Assembly: GCA_026125895.1 (NCBI GenBank)
Contig: JAHCKG010000018.1
Location: forward strand, 8,231-72,230
Source: Pseudolabrys sp.
GTDB lineage: Bacteria > Pseudomonadota > Alphaproteobacteria > Rhizobiales > Xanthobacteraceae
DNA: 64,000 nt
Direction: 5' to 3'
A program made the translations under genes and the position numbers. A model generated the notes under the pieces. It had not been told where the DNA came from, did not search any database, and saw only the letters and a program-made list of their open reading frames with translations. Shown here piece after piece: positions 8,694 through 18,475 of the stretch (its first letter is position 1; each line of letters starts with the position of its first letter).

Positions 8694-10409
8694 ATGACCC
8701 ACCACATGCCGCTGATATCGACGATCGTGGCGGGCCTCGTCCTGGCATTCGCGCTCGGCGCGGTCGCGCAGCGTTTCAAAATATCGCCGCTGGTCGGTTA
8801 TTTGCTCGCCGGCGTCGTGATCGGGCCGGCGACGCCGGGCTTCGTCGCGGATATAGGTCTCGCCAACCAGCTCGCCGAGATCGGCGTCATCCTGCTGATG
8901 TTCGGCGTCGGCCTGCATTTCTCGCTCAAGGACCTCTGGGCGGTGCGCGCGATCTCGCTCCCTGGAGCGGTGGCCCAGATCGCGGTGGCGACGCTGCTCG
9001 GCATGGCGCTCGGCCTGGCGATGGGGTGGGACGTCGCCGGCGGGCTGGTGTTCGGCCTCGCGCTCTCGGTCGCCTCCACGGTGGTGCTGCTTCGCGCGCT
9101 GCAGGAGCGGCGGCTCATCGACACCGAGCGCGGCCGCATCGCGGTCGGCTGGCTCATCGTCGAGGATCTGGCGACGGTCCTGGCGCTGGTGATGCTGCCG
9201 GCGCTGGCGCCGATTCTCAAAGGCGGGCTGCAGAGCGGCGCCGACCTGCAGAGCATCCTGCTGCCGATCGCGCTGACCATCGGCAAGGTCGCGGCATTTC
9301 TGGCGCTGATGCTGCTGATCGGCCGCCGCGTGATCCCGTGGATCCTGCATTACATCGCCCATACCGGCTCGCGCGAGCTGTTCCGGTTGTCGGTGCTGGC
9401 GATCGCTCTCGGCTGCGCCTTCGCCGCCGCCACCTTGTTCGATGTTTCCTTCGCCCTCGGCGCCTTCTTCGCCGGCATGATGATGGCCGAATCCGAACTC
9501 AGCCAGCGGGCTGCCCAGGAGACGCTGCCGCTGCGCGACGCCTTCGCGGTGCTGTTCTTCGTTTCGGTCGGCATGCTGTTCGATCCGATGATCGTCATTC
9601 AACAGCCGCTGCCGTTGCTGGCGACCCTGCTGATCATCATGATCGGTAAATCGGTGGCCTCGTTCGCCCTGGTGCGCGCCTTCGGCTATTCGCAGGCGAC
9701 GGCGCTGACGATTTCGGCGAGCCTGGCGCAGATCGGCGAATTCTCCTTCATCCTCGCCGGCCTCGGCGTCGCGCTCAATCTGCTGCCGGAAAGCGGCCGG
9801 GCCCTGATCCTGGCCGGCGCCATCCTGTCGATCCTGCTCAATCCGCTGTGCTTCGCGGCGCTCGACTGGTGGCTGGCCCGCGGCGCGGTCGCCGCGCCGG
9901 CGCCCCGGACCGATGGCGCGACCGATGCCGAAGCAGCAGCAGCGGCGCCGCCGGCCGAGCCATCGCGCGAGCCGGTGCCGGTCACGACGCTGACCGGTCA
10001 TGTCGTGCTGATCGGCTGCGGCCGCGTCGGCCGCCATTTCGTGCTCAATGCCGGCGACAATGCCAAGCCGATGCTGATCGTCGAGGAGAATTCCGACACG
10101 GTTGAGCGGCTGCGCCAAGAGGGCCGCGAGGTCATCGCCGGCAATGCCGCCGACAAGGAGGTCATCGCTGCCTGCAATCTGGCCGCGGCGCGCTGTCTGC
10201 TGGTCGCGGTGCCGAATGCCTTCGAGGGTAGCCAGGCCGTCGCCCAGGCCCGCGCCATCAACCCCGGCCTGCCGATCGTGGCTCGGGCGCATTCGGAGGA
10301 AGAGGTGCAATACCTGTTCAAACACGGCGCCACCTCGGTGATCATGGGCGAGCACGAAATTGCCCGAGCCATGCTGGGGCTGGTGCCGGCCCGGCCGGCC
10401 GCCGCATGA
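8694..10409 (+). CDS. ybaL: YbaL/RosB-type CPA2 cation:proton antiporter with TrkA-N domain
   Basis: LAEIGVILLMFGVGLHFS, STVVLLRAL, LPLRDAFAVLFFVSVG, GCGRVG, ARAHS. Confidence 0.88.
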   Translation: MTHHMPLISTIVAGLVLAFALGAVAQRFKISPLVGYLLAGVVIGPATPGFVADIGLANQLAEIGVILLMFGVGLHFSLKDLWAVRAISLPGAVAQIAVATLLGMALGLAMGWDVAGGLVFGLALSVASTVVLLRALQERRLIDTERGRIAVGWLIVEDLATVLALVMLPALAPILKGGLQSGADLQSILLPIALTIGKVAAFLALMLLIGRRVIPWILHYIAHTGSRELFRLSVLAIALGCAFAAATLFDVSFALGAFFAGMMMAESELSQRAAQETLPLRDAFAVLFFVSVGMLFDPMIVIQQPLPLLATLLIIMIGKSVASFALVRAFGYSQATALTISASLAQIGEFSFILAGLGVALNLLPESGRALILAGAILSILLNPLCFAALDWWLARGAVAAPAPRTDGATDAEAAAAAPPAEPSREPVPVTTLTGHVVLIGCGRVGRHFVLNAGDNAKPMLIVEENSDTVERLRQEGREVIAGNAADKEVIAACNLAAARCLLVAVPNAFEGSQAVAQARAINPGLPIVARAHSEEEVQYLFKHGATSVIMGEHEIARAMLGLVPARPAAA

Positions 10410-10542
10410 CGATTCACGCTTTGTCGAACGATTGCCGTTTATTTTTGCCAATTGAATGTGATTCCCTGTGTCCGGGTGATTTGCGGCGCCGTTAGAGGCT
10501 CTGCCATCGGCCGCTGCACTATTTGGAGGACGATCAGCTCGC

Positions 10543-12324
10543 ATGGCGGCGCTCGACACGGTCAGTATTGCGATTTTGCTGGGCAGCCTGCTGGTCATGG
10601 CGGGCATCCTGTCGAGTCTGCTGGCGCTGCGCTTCGGCGCCCCGCTGCTGCTGGTGTTCTTGCTGGTCGGTGTGCTGGCCGGCGAGAACGGGCCCGGCGG
10701 CGTCCGCTTCGACGATGTCGGTGTCGCCTATACGGTCGGCTCGGTCGCGCTGGCGCTGATCCTGTTCGACGGCGGCCTGCGCAGCCGTTTTGCCAGCATC
10801 CGCTCCGTGCTGGCGCCGTCGGTGATGCTCGCGACCGTCGGCGTGCTGGTGACGACGCTGCTGACGGCGCCGGCCGCCAAATTCCTGCTCGGCATCGGCT
10901 GGATCGAGGCGCTGCTGCTCGGTTCGGTGGTGGCGTCAACCGACGCGGCCGCCGTGTTCTTCCTGCTCAGCGCCGGCGGTTTGCGTCTGCGGCCGCGGGT
11001 TCGCGCTACGCTCGAGGTGGAGTCCGGCACCAACGATCCCTTCGCCATCTTCCTGGCGCTGCTGCTGGTCGAAATCCTGTCGGTCGGCGGCCAATCCTGG
11101 TCGCACGCCGCCGTCACGCTGATCCGCGACGCCGCGTTAGGCACCGTCATCGGCTATGCCGGCGGCCGCGCCATCACCTTCGTGCTCAATCGCGTTGACC
11201 TGCCGCAGGGGCTACACGCTCCCTTCGTGGCGATCAGCGCGCTTGTGGTGTTCGCCTTCGGCAATACGGTTCACGCCTCGGGCTTCCTCGCCGTCTATAT
11301 CGCCGGTCTCGTTGTCGGCAATCGCCAGATCCGCGCGCAGAATTCGGTGGTCGTGTTTCTCGACGCCATCACCTGGCTGGCGCAGATCGTGATGTTCGTG
11401 CTGCTCGGTCTGCTGGTCTGGCCGGGGCGGCTCGGCGAAAACATTATCGGCGCCATCGGTGTGGCGCTGGTGCTGATGCTGATCGCGCGACCGGCGGCGG
11501 TGTTTCTGTGCCTGTGGCCGTTCAATTTCCAGTGGCGGGAAAAACTGTTCATCTCCTGGGTCGGTTTGCGCGGCGCGGTGGCGATCTTCCTGGCGTCGAT
11601 CCCGCTGCTGGTCGGCCTGCCCGGTGCATCGATGTATTTCGACGTCGCCTTCGTGGTGGTCGTGTCGTCGCTGCTCATCCAGGGCTGGACTGTGGCGCTG
11701 TCGGCACGCAAGCTCGACATGTCGTTCAACCGCGTCGATCCGTTGCCGCGGCGCGTCGAACTCGATCTTCCCGGCCAGATGTCGCGCGAGATCGTCGGTT
11801 ATCCGGTGCCGGCCAACAGCCCGTTCCTCAAGCGCGGCCTGATCCCGAACTGGGCGCGGCCGACCTTGGTGATCCGCAAGGAAGAGATTTTGACGCCCTT
11901 CGAAGCCGCGCCGGTGCGCGAAGGCGACTATGTCTACCTATTGGCGCCGCCGGAGAAGGCGCAGGCGCTCGACCGTTTCTTCATGGTGACGCCGCCGCCG
12001 CGCGTGCCCGATCCCGAAATGCTGGGCGACTTCTTCGTGCCGGGCGAGGCGACGCTCGGCGCGCTGGCGGATATTTACGGCCTACAGGTCGCGGCCGATC
12101 ATGCCGACGTGAGCCTCGCCACCTTCTTCACCGAGCAACTCGGCCGTCCGGCCAAGGCCGGCGACATCGTCGCCCTCGGCACGATCGCGCTGCTGGCGCA
12201 GAAGGTGAAGGACGGGCAGGTCACGACCGTGGGGCTGCAACTCGACGAGCCGGAAGCGCCCGCCACGATGAGCGGCCGCGCCAAGGCCGTCATTCAGAAA
12301 TTGCGGAAGAAGCTGGCGCGCTGA
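10543..12324 (+). CDS. cvrA: K+/H+ antiporter NhaP2/CvrA
   Basis: LILFDGGL, STDAAAVF, LEVESGTNDP, WVGLRGAV; C-terminal TrkA-C/CorC-like domains. Confidence 0.9.
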   Translation: MAALDTVSIAILLGSLLVMAGILSSLLALRFGAPLLLVFLLVGVLAGENGPGGVRFDDVGVAYTVGSVALALILFDGGLRSRFASIRSVLAPSVMLATVGVLVTTLLTAPAAKFLLGIGWIEALLLGSVVASTDAAAVFFLLSAGGLRLRPRVRATLEVESGTNDPFAIFLALLLVEILSVGGQSWSHAAVTLIRDAALGTVIGYAGGRAITFVLNRVDLPQGLHAPFVAISALVVFAFGNTVHASGFLAVYIAGLVVGNRQIRAQNSVVVFLDAITWLAQIVMFVLLGLLVWPGRLGENIIGAIGVALVLMLIARPAAVFLCLWPFNFQWREKLFISWVGLRGAVAIFLASIPLLVGLPGASMYFDVAFVVVVSSLLIQGWTVALSARKLDMSFNRVDPLPRRVELDLPGQMSREIVGYPVPANSPFLKRGLIPNWARPTLVIRKEEILTPFEAAPVREGDYVYLLAPPEKAQALDRFFMVTPPPRVPDPEMLGDFFVPGEATLGALADIYGLQVAADHADVSLATFFTEQLGRPAKAGDIVALGTIALLAQKVKDGQVTTVGLQLDEPEAPATMSGRAKAVIQKLRKKLAR

Positions 12325-12327
12325 GCC

Positions 12328-12876
12328 TTAACCGTTGCGGCGGGCCATCTGCGGCAGGTGCTGGACCATCCACGCGCCGCCGAACAGCACCGCGGTCCAG
12401 AACATGTCGCCGGCGAGGCTGTTCTGGAAGAACGGCAGGGCGAGCACGTAGCACTGCGTCAGGCCGGCCAGCGTGTGGCTGTACATGCCGCTGAAGGCCC
12501 AGACCGCGAAGTTCGAGATCGCGAAGAACGCCACCGAGCAGCCGAGCATGGTGCACGCGGTGCCGAGCGCGCCGTGCGCGCGGCGCGTCGCCATCCCGGC
12601 GAAGGCGGGCAGGGTGATCGCGACGTAGGTGATGAGCGAGACGCGCCAGTCATCGCCCGACAGCGCCAGACCCGACAGCGCCATGGCGGCGAGCGGCACC
12701 ACCGGCGCCAGCACCGGGTTGCGCAGCATACGGCCGGCGAACAGGGCGCTCGCCGCGATCGGCATGAAGCCCCAGGCGTGCGGCAGCAGCCGCGCCACCA
12801 CGTCGAAGGCGACGAGGAAGGCGATCAGCGCCAGATCGGCCAGCAGGGCGGAGCGGTTCGCGGTCTTTTGCATCAC
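12328..12876 (-). CDS. DUF6580-like putative transporter (ECF S-component-like)
   Basis: PH..F.PIAA.ALFAG, FFAISNFAVW, Y.HT..GL..CY..ALPFF.NSL.GD pattern; about six TM segments. Confidence 0.65.
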   Translation of the reverse strand: MMQKTANRSALLADLALIAFLVAFDVVARLLPHAWGFMPIAASALFAGRMLRNPVLAPVVPLAAMALSGLALSGDDWRVSLITYVAITLPAFAGMATRRAHGALGTACTMLGCSVAFFAISNFAVWAFSGMYSHTLAGLTQCYVLALPFFQNSLAGDMFWTAVLFGGAWMVQHLPQMARRNG

Positions 12877-12948
12877 ATTAGATCCCGTTTGTGCGTCGCA
12901 TGGGTCTTAGCACGGCCGGCGGCCCCGAATCCATCGGCCAAACGGCCG

Positions 12949-13755
12949 TCAGAAGGCCTTTTCGGGCGCATTGGCCGCCCAATCCGCCATGATGGCAGCG
13001 AGTTGATCGAGCCCGTCGGTCAGCGCCGCAGGGCCCGGTTGCAGGATAACGGGCGACTTGATCTCGCGCAGCCAGCCGGTGGCGACCGCCGGGACGCTAT
13101 CGAAGCCCGGACGCCCGGCGACCCTGGCCGGCACGAATTTTTTGCCGCACCAGGAGCCGACGATGATGTCGGGTCGCGCCGCGACGACTTCTTCCGCCGT
13201 AACGATGCGGTCCCTGGCGTTCTTGCGCTTCGACCATTCCGCAAAGACATCGATGCCGCCGGCGGCCTCGATCAGTTCCGAAACCCAGCCGATGCCGCAG
13301 ATCATCGGCTCGTCCCATTCCTCGAAGTAAACGCGCGGCCGACGTTTCCGGCTGCTCGATTGCACCTCGATCCGGTGCAGCCGCGTCTCCAGCGAGCGCG
13401 CCAGCGCCTCGGCTTTCTCCGGCTGGCCGGTGAGCGCGCCGAGCGTACGGATCATGTCGAAGATGCCGGCGATGTCGCGCTGGTTGAAGGCATGGACTGC
13501 GACATTGTTGCGGATCAGCTCGGCGACGATGTCGGCCTGCAGGTCTGAGAAGGTGAGGACGAGGTCGGGCTTCAGCGCCAGGATCTTCGGCACGTCGGCG
13601 GAGATGAAGGCGGAAACACGCGGCTTCTCCTTGCGCACTTGCGGCGGCCGCACCGCGTAGCCGGAGACGCCGACGATGCGCCGGTCTTCGCCGAGCAGAT
13701 ACAGCGTCTCGACGGTTTCTTCGGTGAGGCAGACGATGCGGGAAGGAGGGAACAT
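12949..13755 (-). CDS. BtuF-like cobalamin/iron-chelate binding protein lacking a signal peptide
   Basis: RIVCLTEETVETLYLLG, KPDLVL.FSDLQ, RVYFEEWDEP, ILQPGP. Confidence 0.8.
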   Translation of the reverse strand: MFPPSRIVCLTEETVETLYLLGEDRRIVGVSGYAVRPPQVRKEKPRVSAFISADVPKILALKPDLVLTFSDLQADIVAELIRNNVAVHAFNQRDIAGIFDMIRTLGALTGQPEKAEALARSLETRLHRIEVQSSSRKRRPRVYFEEWDEPMICGIGWVSELIEAAGGIDVFAEWSKRKNARDRIVTAEEVVAARPDIIVGSWCGKKFVPARVAGRPGFDSVPAVATGWLREIKSPVILQPGPAALTDGLDQLAAIMADWAANAPEKAF

Positions 13756-13784
13756 TTACGCATTGTAGCGACAATTGCCACTGT

Positions 13785-13864
13785 CCGCTCATTCCCGCGC
13801 AAGCGGGAATCCAGGGGCCAAGAAAAAGAAAGAACTGGGTCCCCGCTTTCGCGGGGACGAGCGG
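13785..13864. repeat. REP-like doublet, family A (cattcccgcgaaagcgggaatcca type)
   Basis: Two inverted hairpin units; near-identical copies at 15267 and 24876. Confidence 0.9.
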
Positions 13865-13872
13865 GATTAAGC

Positions 13873-14535
13873 TCAACCCAGCAACTCCACCCCGCCGCTC
13901 TTCACCACGCTGCCGCCGTCGAGCAGCACGACGCGGCTGGCGAGCGCCTTCACCTCGCTGGCGTCGTGGCTGACATAGATCATCGGCAGCCCGGTGTCGT
14001 CGCGCAGACGAACCAGGTAGGGCAGGATCTCGCTCTTGCGCCGCGCATCCAGCGAGGCCAGCGGCTCGTCGAGCAGCATCAGCCGCGGCTTCATCAGCAG
14101 CGCGCGGCCGAGCGCGACGCGCTGGCGCTCGCCGCCGGACAAAGCGCCGGGCCGGCGCTTGAGGAGCGGCGCGATGTCGAGCAGGTCGATGACGTGTTTG
14201 GATTGCGCCTCGTCGCGCGGCAGACCGGTCATCCAGCGGCCGTAATCGAGATTGCGCGCCACCGACAGATGCGGAAACAGCCGGCCGTCCTGAAACACGG
14301 TGCCGATGCGGCGGCGATGCGCCGGCGCGTCGATGCCGGCGGCGCTGTCGAACACGGGCTCGCCGTCGATGACAATGCGGCCACGGTCCGGTCTGATCAG
14401 TCCGGCGATCATGCCGACGATTGAGGTCTTGCCCGAACCGGAAGGGCCGAACAGCGCAGTGACGCCGCTGTCGCTCTCGAAGGCGGCGCTGAGAGTGAAG
14501 TCGCCGAGCTGCTTGTCGATGTCGACCGAAATCAC
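13873..14535 (-). CDS. modC: Molybdate ABC transporter ATP-binding protein (short form without TOBE domain)
   Basis: GPSGSGKT, VFQDGRLFPHL, LSGGERQRVALGRAL, DEPLASLD; GTG start directly after the modB stop. Confidence 0.9.
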   Translation of the reverse strand: MISVDIDKQLGDFTLSAAFESDSGVTALFGPSGSGKTSIVGMIAGLIRPDRGRIVIDGEPVFDSAAGIDAPAHRRRIGTVFQDGRLFPHLSVARNLDYGRWMTGLPRDEAQSKHVIDLLDIAPLLKRRPGALSGGERQRVALGRALLMKPRLMLLDEPLASLDARRKSEILPYLVRLRDDTGLPMIYVSHDASEVKALASRVVLLDGGSVVKSGGVELLG

Positions 14536-14536
14536 G

Positions 14537-15229
14537 TCACACCCCATGCACGCGGGCGCCAGCCCTGCGGCCGAACCATTCCGACAGCACCAGCGCCAGC
14601 AGCGAAATGGCAATGGCGATGACAACCAGCTTGAGCGCCTGGGCGTCGCCGCCCGGCACCTGCGTCAGCGTATAGATCGCCGCCGAGATGGTCTGGGTCT
14701 CGCCGGGGATGTTGGAGACGAAGGTGATGGTGGCGCCGAATTCGCCAAGCGCGCGGGCAAAGGCCAGCACCGCGCCGGCGATGATGCCGGGCAGCGCCAG
14801 CGGCAGCGTCACGGTGGCAAAGGTCCAGGCGCGGCTGGCGCCCAGTGTCGAGGCGGCGTCCTCGAGCTTGCGATCGACCGCCTCGATGGACAGGCGAATG
14901 GCGCCGACCATCAGCGGAAACGACATCACCGCGCAGGCCAGCGCCGCGCCGGTCCAGCGGAACGACAGCACGATGCCGATACTCTCCAGCCATGCGCCGA
15001 ACAGGCCGCGGCGGCCGAAGGCGATGAGCAGCAGATAGCCGGTGACGACCGGGGGCAGCACCAGCGGCAGATAGATAACGGCGTTGAGCAGCGTCTTGCC
15101 TGGGAAGTTCTTGCGCGCCAGCAGCCACGCCACCGCGATGCCGAACGGCAGCGACACCAGCGTTGCGACTGCCGCTACGCGCAGCGACAGCGCGACGGCG
15201 GTCCATTCGTCGGGGGAGAGCGAGAACAT
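14537..15229 (-). CDS. modB: Molybdate ABC transporter permease
   Basis: LPLVLPPVVTGY, LEDAASTLGA, FARALGEFGAT; start moved to 15229 because the ORF-track extension runs through a REP. Confidence 0.93.
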   Translation of the reverse strand: MFSLSPDEWTAVALSLRVAAVATLVSLPFGIAVAWLLARKNFPGKTLLNAVIYLPLVLPPVVTGYLLLIAFGRRGLFGAWLESIGIVLSFRWTGAALACAVMSFPLMVGAIRLSIEAVDRKLEDAASTLGASRAWTFATVTLPLALPGIIAGAVLAFARALGEFGATITFVSNIPGETQTISAAIYTLTQVPGGDAQALKLVVIAIAISLLALVLSEWFGRRAGARVHGV

Positions 15230-15266
15230 CAGTGGCTTTTCGACGTTTCGCTTGAAGCTGCAATGA

Positions 15267-15362
15267 CTCCGCTCATTCCCGCGAAAGCGGGAATCCAGAG
15301 GATACACGCAAAAGCCCGGATTTGCCTTTTCTGGGTCCCCGTTTTCGCGGGGACGAGCGGAG
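15267..15362. repeat. REP-like doublet, family A
   Basis: ctccgctcattcccgcgaaagcgggaatcca...tgggtccccgttttcgcggggacgagcggag between modA and modB. Confidence 0.9.
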
Positions 15363-15385
15363 GAGGAGGTTGCATGTCGCGCTCT

Positions 15386-16186
15386 CTAGCTCGCCTTCGC
15401 ACTCGCCAGCACACTGAAGCCGTATTTCTCGAAGATGGCCTTGGCCGCATCGCCGCGCAGGAAGGCGAGATACTTGCCCGCATCGGGCTTGGCATTGGTC
15501 GTCGCGGCGACCGGGTAAGTGACCGGCGGATAGGAGTTGTCGGGGAAGGTGGCAATGATCTTGACGTTCGGCTCCACCTTGGCGTCGGTTTCGTAGACGA
15601 TGCCGATGGGCGTCTCGCCGCGGGCGACGAAGGCGAGCGTGGCGCGCACGTTTTCGCCCATGGCGAGCTTCGGCTCGACCTTGGCCCAGGCGCCGAGTTT
15701 CTCCAGCGCCGCCTTGGCATAGAGCCCGGCCGGCACCGCTTTGACATCGGCGACCGCGATGCGGCCATCACCGGCGAGCGCGGCGATGTCGAAGCCCGGT
15801 TCGATCGTCACGTTCGCGAGTTTCGAGTCCTTGCCGGCGATCAGCACCAGTCTGTTGCCAAGCAGGTTATAGCGGCTGTCGGTCTTGATCAGCTTCTTGT
15901 CGGCGACGTAATCCATCCACTTCAGGTCGGCGGAGATGAAGACGTCGGCCGGCGCGCCGCTTTCGATCTGCTTGGCCAGTGCCGAAGAGGCGGCGTAGCT
16001 CGCCGTGACCTTGATGCCAGTCGCCTTGGTGAAGGCGGCGTTGGCATCGTCGAGCGCGTTTTTCATCGAGGCGGCGGCGAAGACGGTGAGGGTGTCTTGC
16101 GCGGCGGCAGGCCGCGGCGCGGCAATGGCAATGACTGCGAAAAGGGCAGCGGCAAATGACAAAGGTTTGATCGCGGGCTTGATCAC
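15386..16186 (-). CDS. modA: Molybdate ABC transporter substrate-binding protein
   Basis: Signal peptide, VFAAASM, ASSALAKQI..GAPADVFISA, VPAGLYA, ENVRA, IVYETDA. Confidence 0.93.
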   Translation of the reverse strand: MIKPAIKPLSFAAALFAVIAIAAPRPAAAQDTLTVFAAASMKNALDDANAAFTKATGIKVTASYAASSALAKQIESGAPADVFISADLKWMDYVADKKLIKTDSRYNLLGNRLVLIAGKDSKLANVTIEPGFDIAALAGDGRIAVADVKAVPAGLYAKAALEKLGAWAKVEPKLAMGENVRATLAFVARGETPIGIVYETDAKVEPNVKIIATFPDNSYPPVTYPVAATTNAKPDAGKYLAFLRGDAAKAIFEKYGFSVLASAKAS

Positions 16187-16381
16187 GGCGGTACTCCTCG
16201 CGCGCCTTGACGGCGCCGGTGGGCGTCAAATCGTTTGGGTGTCGATCCGTCGCCGGAACCGCCGTTCCGACTTTCGCGGGACGCATGCGCAATGCGCCGC
16301 CGGTACCGAGAACCTAGCAAGTCCCCGGCCGCTTGTCACGGCACCTGCCATCACGCAAAGTTGCGGCCAAAGGAAACGTCC

Positions 16382-18007
16382 ATGGCGACCGTGACGCCCC
16401 TCGAAGGCGACTACGACTACATCATCGTCGGCGCCGGCTCGGCCGGTTGCGTGCTGGCGAACCGGCTGTCCGCCGATCCGGGCAAGCGCGTGCTGCTGCT
16501 CGAAGCGGGCGGCAAGGACAACTGGATCTGGTTTCACATTCCCGTCGGCTACCTGTTCGCCATCGGTAATCCGCGCGCCGACTGGATGTTCAAGACCGAG
16601 CCCGAGCCCGGTCTCAACGGCCGTGCGCTCAACTATCCGCGCGGCAAGGTGTTAGGGGGCTGCTCGGCGATCAACGGCATGATCTACATGCTGGGCCAGG
16701 CGACCGACTACGACCAGTGGCGCCAGCTCGGCCTGCCCGGCTGGTCGTGGGACGACGTGCGGCCGTATTTCCGCAAGCATGTCGATCACTTCCTCACCGG
16801 CGAGCAACACGCGCAGGGCGGCGAATGGCGCGTCGAGCAGCAGCGGCTGTCGTGGGAGATCCTCGAGGCGTTCCGCGCCGCGGCGATCGAATACGGCATC
16901 CCGGAAAGCGCCGATTTCAACACCGGCGACAACGATGGCATCGGCTACTTCCACGTCAATCAGCGCCGCGGCCGGCGCTGGTCCGCCGCGCGCGGCTTCC
17001 TGAGGCCGGCGCTCCATCGCGCCAATCTGCGTCTCGAAACCGGGTGTCTCGCCGAGGCCATCGAGTTCGATGGTGCGCGCGCCAGTGGCGTACGCTTTCG
17101 CCAGCATGGCGTGACGCGCAGCGCGTCGTGCCGCGGCGAAATCATCCTCGCCGCCGGCGCGATCGGTTCGCCGCAGCTGCTGATGCTGTCGGGCATCGGT
17201 CCGGCGGCGCATCTCGGCGATCACGGCATCGCCGCACGGTGCGACCGGCCCGGGGTTGGCCAGAATTTGCAGGATCATTTGCAGTTGCGCACCATCTACA
17301 AGGTCGAGGGCGTGCGCACGCTCAATGCCGTCAACGCGACGCGGCTCGGCCAGCTCGGCATGGGCCTCAATTACGTGTTTCGCCGTCGCGGGCCGATGAC
17401 CATGGCGCCCTCGCAGCTGGGGGCCTTCACCAAGTCGGACAAGACGCAGGACCGCGCCAATATCCAGTATCACGTGCAGCCCCTGTCGCTCGACAAGTTC
17501 GGTGAGCCGCTGCATCCCTTCCCGGCTTTCACGGCAAGCGTCGCCAATTTGCGGCCGACATCGCGGGGCGCGGTGACGCTCAAATCCGCCGATCCGGGAG
17601 AGGCGCCGGCGATCGCGCCGCATTATCTATCGACCGAAGAAGACCGCCGCGTCGCCGCCGATTCGATCCGCGTCACCCGCGCCATCGTTTCGCAACCGGC
17701 GCTGAAGCCGTATCGCCCGGTCGAATATCTGCCGGGCGAAGCTATCCGCAGCGACGACGACACGGCGCTGGCCAAGGCCGCCGGCGATATCGGCACGACG
17801 ATCTTTCATCCGGTTGGCACCGCGAAGATGGGCCGCGACGACGACCGCAACGCGGTGGTGGATGCGCGCCTGCGCGTCATCGGCGTCGACGGCCTGCGCG
17901 TCATCGATGCGTCGGTGATGCCGTCGATCACCTCGGGCAACACCAACTCGCCGACCATGATGATCGCCGAGAAAGGTGCGGCGATGGTGATGGAGGATGG
18001 GAACTGA
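16382..18007 (+). CDS. GMC family oxidoreductase (choline dehydrogenase-like)
   Basis: [49 protein letters not shown]. Confidence 0.92.
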   Translation: MATVTPLEGDYDYIIVGAGSAGCVLANRLSADPGKRVLLLEAGGKDNWIWFHIPVGYLFAIGNPRADWMFKTEPEPGLNGRALNYPRGKVLGGCSAINGMIYMLGQATDYDQWRQLGLPGWSWDDVRPYFRKHVDHFLTGEQHAQGGEWRVEQQRLSWEILEAFRAAAIEYGIPESADFNTGDNDGIGYFHVNQRRGRRWSAARGFLRPALHRANLRLETGCLAEAIEFDGARASGVRFRQHGVTRSASCRGEIILAAGAIGSPQLLMLSGIGPAAHLGDHGIAARCDRPGVGQNLQDHLQLRTIYKVEGVRTLNAVNATRLGQLGMGLNYVFRRRGPMTMAPSQLGAFTKSDKTQDRANIQYHVQPLSLDKFGEPLHPFPAFTASVANLRPTSRGAVTLKSADPGEAPAIAPHYLSTEEDRRVAADSIRVTRAIVSQPALKPYRPVEYLPGEAIRSDDDTALAKAAGDIGTTIFHPVGTAKMGRDDDRNAVVDARLRVIGVDGLRVIDASVMPSITSGNTNSPTMMIAEKGAAMVMEDGN

Positions 18008-18022
18008 CTTTCGCTGCCCGCT

Positions 18023-18074
18023 CATCCTTCGAGGCTCCCTCCGCTTCGCGGAGGTCGCACCTCAGGATGACGGG
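18023..18074. repeat. REP-like unit, family C (solo right arm)
   Basis: 52 bp identical to 18476-18527. Confidence 0.92.
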
Positions 18075-18102
18075 TCGAGAGACGAACCCGCGAGTGTTCA
18101 TT

Positions 18103-18147
18103 CCGTCACCCTGAGGTGCGAGCGCAGCGAGCCTCGAAGGGCGACGG
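18103..18147. repeat. REP-like unit, family C (left arm, inverted relative to its neighbours)
   Basis: ccgtcaccctgaggtgcg...gcctcgaagggcgacgg; both ends identical to the arm at 55053-55100. Confidence 0.9.
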
Positions 18148-18160
18148 CCCGGGCGGTGCG

Positions 18161-18466
18161 TTACGTCGATCTGGGCCGGCCAGCACGTCGACGCGCGAGT
18201 GATCGAACCGAAGGCCAATCGCCACGCGCGAGCGCTTCCTTCTTCGCCCGGCTCCAGCCTTTGATCTGTCGCTCGGCAGTGATCGCGTCAGTGATCTTCT
18301 CGAAGTGCTCTGACCACACGAGCGTGATCGGGCGGCGCGAATACGTATAGCCGGGATATGCCCCGGATTGATGCTCGGCAATTCGCTTTGATAAATCTTC
18401 GCCGGTGGCGCTGCCGACGTAATACGAGTTGTCGGCGCAGCGAAGCATGTAGACGAAAGCGCCCAT
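18161..18466 (-). CDS. Small GIY-YIG nuclease (UPF0213/YhbQ-like)
   Basis: FVYMLRCADNSYYVG motif, R..EH, YT..RRP, AERQIKGWSRAKKEAL; alternative ATG at 18478 lies within the repeat. Confidence 0.9.
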   Translation of the reverse strand: MGAFVYMLRCADNSYYVGSATGEDLSKRIAEHQSGAYPGYTYSRRPITLVWSEHFEKITDAITAERQIKGWSRAKKEALARGDWPSVRSLARRRAGRPRST

Positions 18467-18475
18467 GTGGCCGTC

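Noticed and set aside
8598-10607. Long antisense ORFs (669 aa here; similar ones at 14300-16159, 25776-27539, 37978-39714 and 55336-57342)
   Set aside because: They mirror well-supported genes on the other strand, lack motifs, and are expected in high-GC DNA.
13756-13872. Cobalamin riboswitch upstream of the BtuF-like gene
   Set aside because: The structured sequence is a family A repeat also present at unrelated loci, and no B12-box was recognised.
16187-16381. ModE box upstream of modA
   Set aside because: No TATAT-N7-TATAT-like motif is visible in this gap.
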